A stretch of DNA of 64,000 nucleotides from Synechococcus sp. BS301-5m-G53 (GTDB lineage Bacteria; Cyanobacteriota; Cyanobacteriia; PCC-6307; Cyanobiaceae), in assembly GCA_016779825.1 (NCBI GenBank), contig JADHMX010000001.1, forward strand, positions 143 through 64,142. Direction: 5' to 3'. Below are positions 8,906-19,800 of the stretch, in pieces. A program made the translations under genes and the position numbers. Positions within the stretch are counted from its first letter, which is position 1, and each line of letters starts with the position of its first letter. The notes below the pieces were generated by a model that worked only from the letters and a program-made list of their open reading frames with translations, did not search any database and was not told the origin of the DNA.

Positions 8906-8974
8906 GGACCTCGTCAGCGGCAGGCCTCACCGTACAGACCATGCCCCTAGAGCCTATGGATCCGTGGTTCTTCT

Positions 8975-9556
8975 TCAGCTTGGTTCGAGCAACCGGCGCA
9001 GCTTGGGTTCCAGAAGGCTGAAGGCCTTGCCGCGGTGGCCGTGCTGTTTTTTCTCGGCTAAAGGCATCTCGGCGAAGGTGCGGCCGGTTCCCGCGACTTC
9101 AAAGATCGGGTCGTAGCCGAAGCCCTGATCGCCTCGGGGTGTGGCCGTAATCAAGCCATCGCAACGGCCTTCCACCTCCAGAAGGATCGTGCCGTCTGGA
9201 GCGGCGACACAGAGCGCGGCGGAAAAATAGGCCTGGCGTTGGTCTGAGCCGTTCAGGGCCTTCAGCAGCCGGGCAATGCGTTCCGGGTCGGTGGGGGCGT
9301 AGCGGGCGGAGTGAACACCCGGGGCGCCATCGAGGGCATCCACGCTGAGGCCTGAATCGTCCGCCAGGGCCCACTCCCCCGTTGCGGCTGCAACGGCCTG
9401 AGCCTTAATTCGGGCATTGGCGGCAAAGGTGGTGCCCGTCTCCTCCACCTCCAAGCCCTCAGGCTGGGGTTGCACGCTGACGGGCAGGGCCTGCAGCAGA
9501 CCCTGGAATTCACGAATCTTTCCTGCGTTGCCGCTGGCGATCACCAGGGTCTTCAT
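8975..9556 (-). CDS. rdgB: Non-canonical purine NTP pyrophosphatase (Ham1/RdgB)
   Basis: ASGNAGK, EETGTTF..NA..KA, DDSGLSVDALDGAPGVHSARY, GFGYDPIF, HRGKA. Confidence 0.96.
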   Translation of the reverse strand: MKTLVIASGNAGKIREFQGLLQALPVSVQPQPEGLEVEETGTTFAANARIKAQAVAAATGEWALADDSGLSVDALDGAPGVHSARYAPTDPERIARLLKALNGSDQRQAYFSAALCVAAPDGTILLEVEGRCDGLITATPRGDQGFGYDPIFEVAGTGRTFAEMPLAEKKQHGHRGKAFSLLEPKLRRLLEPS

Positions 9557-11016
9557 GCGGCCTCCGCGAACTGTCTGGCCCAGGCGAGCACCTCGTTCAC
9601 CCGATCGGCATCGGGCCCTTCGCAGTAGAGCCGCAGCAGCGGTTCCGTGCCGGAGAAGCGCAGCATCAGCCAGTGGCTCGGCCCCATCCTCAGTTTGATC
9701 CCGTCGGTGGTGATCACCTCCAGCACCTCTGCACCGGCGACGGTCGACGGCGTGCTCTGGGCCAACAGCGTTTCGAGCCGCCGGCGTGCCTCCATGTCGG
9801 CAAGGCGCAAGTCGAGCCGGTCGTACTGACTGCTGCCTCCGTGCTGTTGCTGGAGTGCATCCAGCCGAGCTCCCAGGGGTTGCTTGCCTTCCACAAGGGC
9901 TTCCAGTACGAGCATCGCCGCGAATAGGGCGTCCCGCTCAGGCAGGTGCATGCCGAAGCCAACACCACCGGATTCCTCGCCGCCGATCAGCACGTCCCCC
10001 GCCAGCATCTCTGCGGCGATGTACTTGAAGCCCACCGCGAGCTCAAGTACCTCGCGCCCCTGGGCCTCCGCCACCAGTCTCATCAGATCGGAGCCGCTCA
10101 CGGTTTTCACCACTGCGCCCGGCAGCTGACGGGCCCGGGCCAGGTGATCGATCAACAGGGGCATCAGCAACTGAGTGCTGCAGAACCGACCGGTTTCATC
10201 CACGGCGGCGATGCGGTCTCCATCGCCGTCGAACACCAGTCCCACGGCAGGGGTCCCGGCGGCGGTTGAGGCTTTCACCGCTTTGATCAGCTCTCCGAGA
10301 TAGGGCGCCAGGGGTTCCGGCGGATGACCGCCGAACAAGGGATTGCGATCGTTGCGGATTTCCTCCACGACGCCAGCGGCGTCAGGGCCGAGCAGCTCCG
10401 TCACACACCCCGCGGCTGATCCGTGCATCGGATCGACGATCACCTTCAGGTTGATGGCCTTGAGGCCACGCACCAGGGCGGGGACGTCCAGCTTTCGGCG
10501 CAGCCCCTCGAGATGTTCGCCGCGTCCATCAAAGCGAGGCACCTCCGCCTTGATCGGTGCTGTGATGCCGCCGGCGGCCAGGCGTCGTTCGACCGCGGAC
10601 GTGAAGTCTCCTTCGACCGACCCACCGAAGGGCCCTTTGATCTTCAGCCCCAGCCATTCCGGCGGGTTGTGACTGGCGGTGATCACGAGAGCCCCAAGGG
10701 CCTTGCGCTCCACCACGGCCCAGCTGCAGGCCGGCGTGGGGACCGCGCTGTCGGTGAGTAGGGGCTCGAGTTCACATCCCCGCACCGCGGCGGCGATGGC
10801 TTCCGCCAGTTCGGGGGCCAGAAAACGCCGGTCGTAACCGATCACCACCGTTCGGCTGCTGAGGCCTTCGGGGGCGCGATGCGCCAGTTCCTGGGCAGCG
10901 GCAGCGGCAACGGGCAATAACCGCTCCACCGTGATGTCGACGCCAATGATCCCGCGCCAGCCATCGGTGCCGAACTTGATCGGGGCTGGGCTTAAGGGGA
11001 GGGGAGCCGATGCCAT
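9553..11016 (-). CDS. Phosphoglucomutase/phosphomannomutase
   Basis: FGTDGWRG, TASHNP, FDGDGDR, GGEESGG, RFSGTEP. Confidence 0.95.
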   Translation of the reverse strand: MASAPLPLSPAPIKFGTDGWRGIIGVDITVERLLPVAAAAAQELAHRAPEGLSSRTVVIGYDRRFLAPELAEAIAAAVRGCELEPLLTDSAVPTPACSWAVVERKALGALVITASHNPPEWLGLKIKGPFGGSVEGDFTSAVERRLAAGGITAPIKAEVPRFDGRGEHLEGLRRKLDVPALVRGLKAINLKVIVDPMHGSAAGCVTELLGPDAAGVVEEIRNDRNPLFGGHPPEPLAPYLGELIKAVKASTAAGTPAVGLVFDGDGDRIAAVDETGRFCSTQLLMPLLIDHLARARQLPGAVVKTVSGSDLMRLVAEAQGREVLELAVGFKYIAAEMLAGDVLIGGEESGGVGFGMHLPERDALFAAMLVLEALVEGKQPLGARLDALQQQHGGSSQYDRLDLRLADMEARRRLETLLAQSTPSTVAGAEVLEVITTDGIKLRMGPSHWLMLRFSGTEPLLRLYCEGPDADRVNEVLAWARQFAEAA

Positions 11017-11069
11017 GGCACAGCCTGTACTTCACTCGATTTAGCAGCTGGCAGCCGTAGGGTCGGCGG

Positions 11070-12545
11070 ATGGGTGACACCCCGCCTGCCGACAACGCCC
11101 TCACCGACCGCTTGCTGCGCAGTTGGCTGCGTTGCCGTCGCAAGGCCTGGCTCGATTGCCACGGGGATCCAGCTGAGCGGCGCTGGACCGCCCACCGCAA
11201 CCTGCTGCTGGACGATCAGCAGCGCTGTTTTGTGGCCCTGCTGCCTCGCAAGCCAGGCCATGGGATGGCCGCCTGTGCTGCTGGTGCCGAGGCCGTGGTG
11301 GGTGTTCGCCTGAAGGGTCTGGGCCCTTCTGGGGAGCCGTTGGAGGCGCATCCTCCGCTGCTGCTGCGGGTCAAAGGCCAGAGCCGCTGGGGCGATTTCG
11401 CCTATCAACCGGTGCTCGCTCGGCAGGGCCGTCGCACCACCCGTGAACATCAGTTGCCCCTGGCTTTGATGGCTGTTCTGCTCGAGCAGGAGCAACAGGG
11501 CGATGTCCCCTCCATGCTCGTGCTCGGCGGTGGCGGCCGGCGACTGGAACAGGAGCGGGTTCATCTGTCCAAGGCCCTGCACCGACAGTTGTCGGAAGCG
11601 TTGCGGAAACTGCGTGTTGACCTCGAGCGGTCAGACCCCCCTCCTCTGGCCGCCGACCGGCGCAAGTGCTCACTTTGCAGCTGGCGGGTGTCCTGCAACG
11701 CCGTGGCTGCGGAAGAAGGGCATCTGAGTGAGGTCAGCGGCATCGGGGCCAAGCGGCGCGAGATGTTGCTGGAGCTGGGGATTCGCGGCCTGTCTGATCT
11801 GGCCGTGGCTGATCCGTTGCAGCTTGCAGAGCGGCTGCAACGCTTTGGCGAGCAGCATGGTGAGGTGGCCGCATCCCTGGTGGCTCAGGCCAGGGCGCAG
11901 CGGGATGGTCGCGTGGACCGTTTGGACGCCGCAGTAGCGCTTCCGGAACTTCAGGACTGCCAGGGTGTGTTGCTCTACGACATCGAATCCGATCCCGACG
12001 CCCGTCACGACTTTCTCCACGGTTTCCTGGTCTTGCCCAGAACTCCAAGTGGGAACTGGGATCTGGAGTCAGCGGCGTATCACCCGATCTTGGCTTTGGC
12101 GGAGCACGGTGAAGCCCGTTGCTGGCTGCGGCTGCAACGGCTGCTGAATCGCTATCGGGCTTGGCCGATCCTCCACTACGGGGAGACAGAAAGCCTGGCC
12201 TTGAGGCGCATGGCCGAGCGGCAGGGTGCCGCTGAGGCCGAGGTGCTGCAGCTTCGTCAGCGGTTGGTGGATGTGCATGCCCGGGTGCGGCGTCATTGGC
12301 GCCTGCCGCTGGCCAGTTACGGCCTTAAAGCCGTCGCGGCTTGGCAGGGGTTCCACTGGAGTCAGGCCGGCGTGGACGGGGCCCGGGCCCTGCTCTGGTG
12401 GCGGCAGTGGCAGGGCGAAGGTCCTGATCGACGCGGCAACCGGAACGGGCTGCGCTGGATCTTCGATTACAACCGTGATGACTGCCTGGCCACCTGGGCC
12501 GTTGCTGCCTGGTTGCTTCAACAGGATCAGGCGTCGGGATCCTGA
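11070..12545 (+). CDS. TM0106 family RecB-like putative nuclease
   Basis: N-terminal RCRRKAWLD, CSLCSWRVSC, HhH SGIGAKR, RNase H-like YDIESDP...YGLKAVA...YNRDDCLAT. Confidence 0.85.
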   Translation: MGDTPPADNALTDRLLRSWLRCRRKAWLDCHGDPAERRWTAHRNLLLDDQQRCFVALLPRKPGHGMAACAAGAEAVVGVRLKGLGPSGEPLEAHPPLLLRVKGQSRWGDFAYQPVLARQGRRTTREHQLPLALMAVLLEQEQQGDVPSMLVLGGGGRRLEQERVHLSKALHRQLSEALRKLRVDLERSDPPPLAADRRKCSLCSWRVSCNAVAAEEGHLSEVSGIGAKRREMLLELGIRGLSDLAVADPLQLAERLQRFGEQHGEVAASLVAQARAQRDGRVDRLDAAVALPELQDCQGVLLYDIESDPDARHDFLHGFLVLPRTPSGNWDLESAAYHPILALAEHGEARCWLRLQRLLNRYRAWPILHYGETESLALRRMAERQGAAEAEVLQLRQRLVDVHARVRRHWRLPLASYGLKAVAAWQGFHWSQAGVDGARALLWWRQWQGEGPDRRGNRNGLRWIFDYNRDDCLATWAVAAWLLQQDQASGS

Positions 12546-13321
12546 AACGCCTCAGGTCGGCGGATCTGGAGTTGTTCTCCGTTGGGTCCCTCCAGCGTTT
12601 CTGTGCCAAGGCACTGGCGGCGTACCAGGGCAAGCCCAACCCATCTGCCGTCGCGTTCGAGAGCACTGGTGATCACCCCGGCCCGCTCGCCATTCAGCGT
12701 GAGCTTTGCCGTTGGCGAGAGCGCACTGCTGCAGCTCCAACAGCGCAGCTGTTGTTTCACCCCCGCTTGGCCGATGAGTTTGGCCATCGTTTCCTGGCCC
12801 AAATAGCAGCCTTTCTCTGTGCTGATTCGAGCGACCAGTCCAAGTTCCAGGGGGTTGGTGTCGCCATTGAGTTCACCAGGCCCTGGGGGAAAGCCGCTCT
12901 GGAGCCGCCAGTGCTCCAAAGCCCCCGCGCTGGCTGGCTCCTCTGATGCCCAAGGCTCTTGCAGTGCTGCATCCGGATCGCACCACACCGCAGCAGCCTT
13001 GGGCTCCAGCCACTGCAGCCGGCGCAACTGGCCCAGGGGTTGGAGGCGAACCCGGTCGGCGGGAAAGATCACCTGATCGAAGCCGGCATGAACGGCAGTG
13101 GCCTCTCCCGCCAGAACGATCACATCGGCTCCTTCCGCATCCAAACGAAGTTCCAGCACGGCCCGCAGGCGTCCCGTTGCGGTCAGCCAGCAGGTTTGAA
13201 GGAGATCCCCGGTTTCGAGTGCGTTGAGGTCAGCACTGGTCTGACCCTGGAGAAACTGGCGTGCCCCGCTGCCGTTCAAGCGCAGCCAGGGAACCAGGGC
13301 GTCCCAAAACAGCTTGCTCAT
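12527..13321 (-). CDS. ygfZ: Folate-binding protein YgfZ
   Basis: FLQGQTSAD and KGCYLGQE signature. Confidence 0.93.
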   Translation of the reverse strand: MSKLFWDALVPWLRLNGSGARQFLQGQTSADLNALETGDLLQTCWLTATGRLRAVLELRLDAEGADVIVLAGEATAVHAGFDQVIFPADRVRLQPLGQLRRLQWLEPKAAAVWCDPDAALQEPWASEEPASAGALEHWRLQSGFPPGPGELNGDTNPLELGLVARISTEKGCYLGQETMAKLIGQAGVKQQLRCWSCSSALSPTAKLTLNGERAGVITSALERDGRWVGLALVRRQCLGTETLEGPNGEQLQIRRPEAFQDPDA

Positions 13322-13890
13322 GCCGGCGTGAAGGCAGCGATTTCAGACAGCTTGTAGAGGCTGATCAGCTCAAGATCGTCGGCCGTCATGGCGGCGTCAC
13401 CCCCTTCCTCCCGATCGACGATGGTGACGACCCGGTTCACCTTGTAACCGGCGTCGCGCAGCTGCCGGACCGCCTTGAGGGAAGAGCCCCCGGTGGTCAC
13501 AACGTCTTCCAGCACGGTGATCAGGGCCCCGGTGGCGGGGAGTGGGCCCTCCAGCCAGGCTCCGGTGCCGTGGCCTTTGGCTTCTTTGCGCACGATCAAA
13601 GCATCCAGGTCCCGACCCCGATCGGCGGCGGCCATGGCAACACCGCTCACCAGTGGATCTGCTCCGAGGGTGAGACCAGCCACGGCCACCGCATCAGCTT
13701 CAACGTGCATCAGCATGGCCCGGCTGATCAAGGCCAGGCCGGAGCCGCTCAGGCTTACGGGTTTGCAGTTCACGTAGTGCTCGCTCTTGCGGCCTGAGGC
13801 AAGGGTGAAGTCTCCGCGCCTGTAGGCCAGGGTGGCCAGGCGGTTCAGCAGTTGCTCCCGCTCAGTCGGGACACTCGACGATTCAGGCAT
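13318..13890 (-). CDS. pyrE: Orotate phosphoribosyltransferase
   Basis: [31 protein letters not shown]. Confidence 0.97.
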   Translation of the reverse strand: MPESSSVPTEREQLLNRLATLAYRRGDFTLASGRKSEHYVNCKPVSLSGSGLALISRAMLMHVEADAVAVAGLTLGADPLVSGVAMAAADRGRDLDALIVRKEAKGHGTGAWLEGPLPATGALITVLEDVVTTGGSSLKAVRQLRDAGYKVNRVVTIVDREEGGDAAMTADDLELISLYKLSEIAAFTPA

Positions 13891-13922
13891 GGGACTGGCC
13901 GCGCTTCGCAGATGTCCTTAGT

Positions 13923-14447
13923 TTGCGCGTAGAGCTGTTTCATCCGGTGCTGCTGCGCTCGTTCTTTCGCTCGGGATTGCTGTTGCTCGCCGGTCCATCG
14001 GTGCTGGCAGGCCCGTTGGTCTGCACCACCAGCGTCGAGGCGCCTCCACCCGGCAGTGGTTCCGCGCCCGTTGAGGTGACGGTGTGTCATCCCACGGAGA
14101 CCACCAGTGAGCTGATCAACCGTCGTTTTTACACCTGGACGTCACCGATGGCCCGGGGTGTGGATCCCCTGCATCAACTGACTGATTTTCTGGGGATTGC
14201 CGTTGGAGGCATTGAGGGCAATCGGCTGATGGGATTCGGCTTCCCTGACCAGACCCTGATCTGGGATGGCTCTGCGCTGCAGAACACGACGGGAGCTTTG
14301 CTTGAGGAGCAGAGTCCGCCGCTGCCGATGCGAACCCGGGATCTTGAGAGCGGCTTTAACGGCAGCCTGGCGGTCAGCGACGCCAATGAAGCCGTGCTGG
14401 AGTCGCCCGCGGTGGATGACTTCCCCGACGTGACGCCCCTGTGGTAA
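13923..14447 (+). CDS. Conserved picocyanobacterial hypothetical secreted protein
   Basis: Signal-peptide-like N-terminus; fills the gap between pyrE and the CBS gene. Start uncertain (possibly GTG at 13947). Confidence 0.6.
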   Translation: MRVELFHPVLLRSFFRSGLLLLAGPSVLAGPLVCTTSVEAPPPGSGSAPVEVTVCHPTETTSELINRRFYTWTSPMARGVDPLHQLTDFLGIAVGGIEGNRLMGFGFPDQTLIWDGSALQNTTGALLEEQSPPLPMRTRDLESGFNGSLAVSDANEAVLESPAVDDFPDVTPLW

Positions 14448-14545
14448 CACTCTCCTCGAGGGGGTCTAGCAATCTGGTGAATGCAGCGAACTCATAATTC
14501 GCCTAAGGCGAGTTCGATCCTCGCGACCCCCATTTCCCCCTGTTA

Positions 14546-15829
14546 ATGCGGCTTCTCCTGCTGGCTGTCCTGCTTGTTCTGCCGGCCTTCTTTGCGGCTG
14601 CAGAGGTGGCCCTTTTGCGGCTTCGCCCCAGTCGAGTTGAGGTGTTGGTAGAGGAAGAGCAGGCTGGGGCCCGTTCCATTCAGCGTCTGCAGCGACGTCT
14701 GCGGCGTGCCTTGCTGGTCTCTCAGCTGGGTGCGACCCTTGCTCTGGTGGCCCTGGGCTGGGCCGGCCGAGGTCTGGGGGGGCGGCTCTGGTCGGATGGC
14801 TCCGGGGGTGTGGCCTGGCGCGACACGGCACTGTTCCTCATCATCGTTTTGCTGGCCACCTTGGTGGCCGGTCTGTTGCCCAAGGCCTGGGTGCTGAACC
14901 GTCCGGAATCCTCGGCGCTTCGACTGGTGCCGTTGCTGGAGGTGGTGATGCGCTGTCTGGCGCCGCTGCTCAACCTGCTTGAGGCGCTGGCGGGCCTGTT
15001 GATGCGCCTGCTCGGCCTGGCTCCCCAGTGGGATGTTTTGGTGCCAGCTCTTTCAGCTGGTGAACTGGAAACCCTGGTGGAATCCGGCCGGGTTACGGGG
15101 TTGTTCCCCGATGAGAAAAACATCCTGGAAGGCGTCTTTGCCTTGCGGGACACCCAGGTGCGGGAGGTGATGGTGCCGCGCTCCGGGATGGTCACCCTGC
15201 CGGCCACGGTCCGTTTCGCCGAAATGATGGAAGCCGTGCATCACACCCGTCACGCACGCTTTCCGGTGATCGGCCAGTCGCTGGATGACGTGCGTGGCGT
15301 GCTGGATCTTCGCCAGATGGCCGAACCGATCGCACGGGGAGATCTCCAGGCCGATTCGCTGCTCGAGCCCTATCTCCAGCCTGCGGTGTCCGTACTGGAA
15401 ACCTGCACCCTGGCGGAACTGTTGCCGATGATCCGCAGCGGTCAGCCGCTGCTGCTGGTGGTGGATGAGCACGGCGGCACCGAGGGGCTGGTCACCGCAG
15501 CGGATCTCACTGGAGAAATTGTTGGAGATGAGGATCCGGGCGAGACCGATGAACCGGATCTGCTGGAGGAGAAGGATTGCCCGGGGGTCTGGCTGGTAGC
15601 GGGCGATCTGGAGATCTTCGAGCTCAACCGACAGCTCGACCTCGATCTGCCCGAGGCGGATGACCATCACACCCTGGCGGGCTTCCTGCTGGAGCGGCTC
15701 CAGCACATTCCATCCGCCGGGGAAGCGCTGCATTTCAACGGCCTGCAGTTCGAGATCACGGCCATGGCAGGGCCGCGGATTGAGCGGGTCCGGCTTGTTC
15801 TCTCCAGTTCAGAGGATGATTCCGACTGA
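14546..15829 (+). CDS. Hemolysin-family CNNM/CBS/CorC domain protein
   Basis: FFAAAEVAL, VREVMVPR, HARFPV, VVDEHGGTEGLVT..DL..EIVG, TLAGFLLERLQHIP. Confidence 0.93.
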   Translation: MRLLLLAVLLVLPAFFAAAEVALLRLRPSRVEVLVEEEQAGARSIQRLQRRLRRALLVSQLGATLALVALGWAGRGLGGRLWSDGSGGVAWRDTALFLIIVLLATLVAGLLPKAWVLNRPESSALRLVPLLEVVMRCLAPLLNLLEALAGLLMRLLGLAPQWDVLVPALSAGELETLVESGRVTGLFPDEKNILEGVFALRDTQVREVMVPRSGMVTLPATVRFAEMMEAVHHTRHARFPVIGQSLDDVRGVLDLRQMAEPIARGDLQADSLLEPYLQPAVSVLETCTLAELLPMIRSGQPLLLVVDEHGGTEGLVTAADLTGEIVGDEDPGETDEPDLLEEKDCPGVWLVAGDLEIFELNRQLDLDLPEADDHHTLAGFLLERLQHIPSAGEALHFNGLQFEITAMAGPRIERVRLVLSSSEDDSD

Positions 15830-15866
15830 AGGCCGATAGTCTTCCCCCAATCCACCGCCCGTGCTG

Positions 15867-16874
15867 ATGTCTCCCGACCCCATGGTCCCAGTCAAGGTCG
15901 GGGTGATTGGCATCGGCAACATGGGCTGGCATCACGCCCGGGTGCTCAGTCTTCTGCGGGATGCCGATCTCGTGGGGGTTGCAGACCCCGATGCCGAGCG
16001 CGGAAAGCTCGCCACCGAGCAATTTGGCTGCCGCTGGTTCGCCGACTACAACGCGATGCTCTCCGAGGTGGAGGCCGTCTGCATTGCTGTTCCCACCCTT
16101 CTTCACCACACCGTCGGCCTCGCCTGTCTGAGGGCGGGTGTGCACGTTCTGATCGAAAAGCCGATTGCGGCCAGTCAGGACGAAGCCACTGCGCTGATCG
16201 AGGCCGCATCAGCGGCGGGTCGCCTGCTGCAGGTGGGTCACATTGAGCGGTTCAATCCTGCGTTCCGTGAACTCACCAAGGTGGTGGCCAACGAGGAGGT
16301 GGTGGTTCTTGAGGGGCGTCGCCACAGCCCCCACTCCGATCGGGCCAATGACGTCTCCGTGGTGCTGGATCTGATGATCCATGACATCGACCTTGTGCTG
16401 GAGCTGGCCAAGGCACCTGTGGTGCGTCTTGCCGCTGCTGGCGGTCGCAGTGCTGAAGGCCCGATCGATTACGTCAACGCCACGCTGGGCTTTGAGAACG
16501 GTGTGGTGGCCAGCCTCACGGCCAGCAAGATGAGCCACCGCAAAATCCGCAGCCTCAGTGCTCACTGCCGCTCCAGCCTGGTGGAGACGGATTTTCTCAA
16601 CCACACCCTGCACATCCATCGCAGGGCTCATGAGTGGTACTCCGCCGATCACGGTGAGCTGCTGTACCGCAATGACGGCTTCATCGAGGAGGTGAGCACC
16701 ACCTCGATCGAACCCCTTTACGCCGAGCTTGAGCATTTCCTCCAATGCGTTCGCGGCCGTGAAACCCCTGCGGTGGATGGTCTTCAGGCGTCGCGTGCCC
16801 TCAAGCTGGCAGACCTTATCGAGCAGGCGGTTGAACACCCGGATACGGGGGCGCCCCTGTCTGCGCCGATCTAA
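15867..16874 (+). CDS. Gfo/Idh/MocA family oxidoreductase
   Basis: VGVIGIGNMG, HVLIEKP, VGHIERFNPA, DLMIHDID. Confidence 0.93.
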   Translation: MSPDPMVPVKVGVIGIGNMGWHHARVLSLLRDADLVGVADPDAERGKLATEQFGCRWFADYNAMLSEVEAVCIAVPTLLHHTVGLACLRAGVHVLIEKPIAASQDEATALIEAASAAGRLLQVGHIERFNPAFRELTKVVANEEVVVLEGRRHSPHSDRANDVSVVLDLMIHDIDLVLELAKAPVVRLAAAGGRSAEGPIDYVNATLGFENGVVASLTASKMSHRKIRSLSAHCRSSLVETDFLNHTLHIHRRAHEWYSADHGELLYRNDGFIEEVSTTSIEPLYAELEHFLQCVRGRETPAVDGLQASRALKLADLIEQAVEHPDTGAPLSAPI

Positions 16875-16898
16875 TCAGCCTGATCAGATCGTTGGGGA

Positions 16899-19800
16899 TC
16901 AGACCAGTCCTTCCTGTTCCGCCAGCTCCCGCAATGCCGTGATCTGCCAGCGACGGCAGTCACCAGGTGAGGAGCCATAAAACATTCCCCAGGCCTGGGC
17001 TTTGTGCTGTGGGTAGCTCTCCGGACGGAGGGACGGATGGCTCTGTTGCCAGCCCACCCGCACCGCGTGACCGATCACCACGTCGAGGGCAAGGTCATCG
17101 TCGAAGCGCACCTCCGGATTGGCTTCGACAAACGCCATGAGTGAGAGCAGGCATTCGCTGCAGAGTTGGCGGTATTCCGGGGCCTTGATCCGACTGAGTA
17201 GATGGTCGACCTGAGCGGCGAAATTGCGCTCGCCCGGTGTTTTCTCGAGGATGAGGCGGCTGTTGAGTCGATTGCGCCGTTCCAGCTTGTCGCCGATCAC
17301 CAGGCCGCGGCAGTGTTGCAGCAGCGACCAAATGCCGGCATAGAAATCGCGGGGAACTTTCTGGAGTGACCCCAGGCGGATGCGGTGTTGAAGCCAGCCG
17401 CCCCCACCGGGTGTTTCCTCCAACGGGTCGGGAACCGACCACTGCACCCGGCCGCTGACGTGCAGCTGTTCGCCGCGTTGCAGGGCAGCCCTGGCATGCT
17501 CCACATCGCCAAGCACGGCGCGTAAACGCCTGCGGATGGCATGGGGCGCCTCGCTGCAGAGGGCTTCAAAGGCTTCGTCCTGACTGAGGGTTTTCTCCAC
17601 GGCCAGCTCCGATGTCAGCAGCAGCATCAGCTGCCCCAGTTGGAGGGTGAGGCTGCCCTTGAGCAGGGCTGGCTCCCGCCGCGCCACGCTGTCGAGGGCG
17701 AGCAGGAGTTCCTGTTCAAGCATGCGTTCACGGCCGTCAATGCCACTGGTGCTCTCAATCCGTTCGGCGATGGCGGCGCTGTCCATGGGTTGGCGGAGCC
17801 GGGAGTCGCCGGTGTAGTTGCGCCCCACGACCACCTGTTTCTGGCGGACGAGAAGGTCGGTCAGGGCATCTTCTAGCTGGGGATGCACCATCCCCATGGC
17901 GCCGGCACAACGTCGCACCACATTCCAGTCTTCACAACGCAAGCCCCGTTGATAGACCTCCTCGAGCAGGTCGCGCAGGCTCACCGTTTGGCCCTCGGGG
18001 CTGCATTGAATCCCCTGGGGGCCGAGACGCCGCTGCAGCAACTCGAGCACTTCGGCCTGTTCATGCAGTAGCGCACTGCTCCAGAGGCGCTGGCTCAGCT
18101 GTTCGATCGGGGTGTCATCCAGCTCCTGCTCCTCTGCGGCGGTCAGATCCCGTAGATCGGTGGCGTCGCGCAGAACGTGCTGGGACTGCCCTGATCTTCG
18201 GACGGGTTTCTGCTGCAGCGGAGGCAGCTGCACCTCTTGCCCCTGATCCACCATCTGGCTGAGGCAGCCCAACCGGACGGGGATGCTTTCAACGACTCCG
18301 CTTCCGAGTTGCCGGGCCAGTTTGAGGACGACGTCACGATGCTGCTTCAGAGCCGCTTCGCGGATGGGAATCACCAGAAGGGGTAGTCCTGCGCCGCGCC
18401 AGTGCCGTTGCAGCAGATGCAGCTCGTCCACAACGCTTTCCAGCAGCTCTTCAGGGTCATCGGCCAGATAGCTGCTGCGGTCTTCGAGCACGGATGGGGT
18501 GAACACGCTGATGGCACCGTCCTGGCGGTAGACCCGAGCGGTGTCCTCGGTTTCCACCCGGTGCCCCGCCGGGCGTCCACTGAGTTCAAGCCGCGGGTTG
18601 GTCCCTGCGGCTTTCAGCCTTTGCTTCAGCTCGTCGGACGACAGCACGGGAATCATCGTGCTTGGGTCGAGCGGCACCTCTGCAGCCAGCAGTTCCTGGC
18701 GCACGGCATCCGTTTCGGGCGCCATCGCCACCAGAACCGCTTCAGCGCCGAGGTGCTGCGGCTCCCTGCGGCCACAGGGGTCAATGTCCTCGGGGCGGAT
18801 CAAATCGTCGAGCAGCATTTCCCCCAGCCAGACGAGGCTCTGGGTCCAGATCAGCGGCAGGTTGGTGTTGGCCACCCGCTCCTGGCTGCCTGGATTCAGT
18901 CGTTCCTGATCGACGGCACTGGCAGGGACCTGGTAGAGCTCGGGATAGAGACGTTCTCCGTCCTGTTCAACGGCCAGGGTCTTGAGCTGGCTGTGCAAGC
19001 GCCGGGCCTCCTCCCAGCGTTCTTCGCAGCAGGCGGTGACCAGTTCGAAGGCCAGAAACAACGGCCACTCCGACTCGATCCCTTCAAAGACAGCGAGCTC
19101 CTCAGGTTCGTAGTGCAAACGGGTGATGTCTTCCACCACCGTCTGGTGGCCATCACGAAGGAAGCGTTTGTAGCCGTAGGCCCCGCCAAGTTCCCGTCGA
19201 ATGCGACGGCCGGTGCGCTCCGCCAGGGCAGCATCTTCCACCGCCCAGGCGGGATAACCAATCACGGAGAGACAGGCACTGTCGGCTTCCTTGCTGGCGG
19301 ATTCCCGTGGCAAGAGGCCTTGAAGGGCGCGACGGAGGCGCACGATGGCCCCCTGGGGAATCAGCAGGATGCAGCTGCCGTCGCCATGGGGGCCGTAGAG
19401 GTCCAGTCCATCGAGCGCCTCCAGGGCGGCTTTGGCCATGCCGATCGAGCTCGCATTGCGCTCCGGCAGGCCATTGTTGCCTTTGTCACCGCGTTCCCAG
19501 ATCCCGTAGTCGGGGGTGCGGTAAGCCCTGGCGATGTAGTGCACCAGGTTTTGGAGGAAATCCACTTCGTCACGGCTCTGCACCACGGTGCAACCGCCCT
19601 TGGTCAATTGCGCCAGCTGCAGCAGAAACAGCGAGGTGGCATCCAGTTGAAGATGGCCCCAGGCGTCATCAGCCACCACCGGTTCGCCGGTGCAGCTGTC
19701 GTACTTGGCGTGGAGGGCATCGAGGGGATTGAGGCTCTCTTTGAAGCGCTCCACTTTGCTGGCTTGCCGCATCATTGAGCGCATCAGGCCGCGCATGAGC

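Noticed and set aside
4042-8950. Long plus-strand ORFs (277, 553, 366 and 352 aa) opposite the osmolyte operon
   Set aside because: Antisense shadows caused by strong GC3 bias; no recognisable motifs, and the minus-strand genes have clear family signatures.
11070-12545. TM0106 nuclease, SfsA and YqgF as a possible defence system
   Set aside because: They are dispersed among housekeeping genes, are typical cyanobacterial core genes, and have no partner defence genes.
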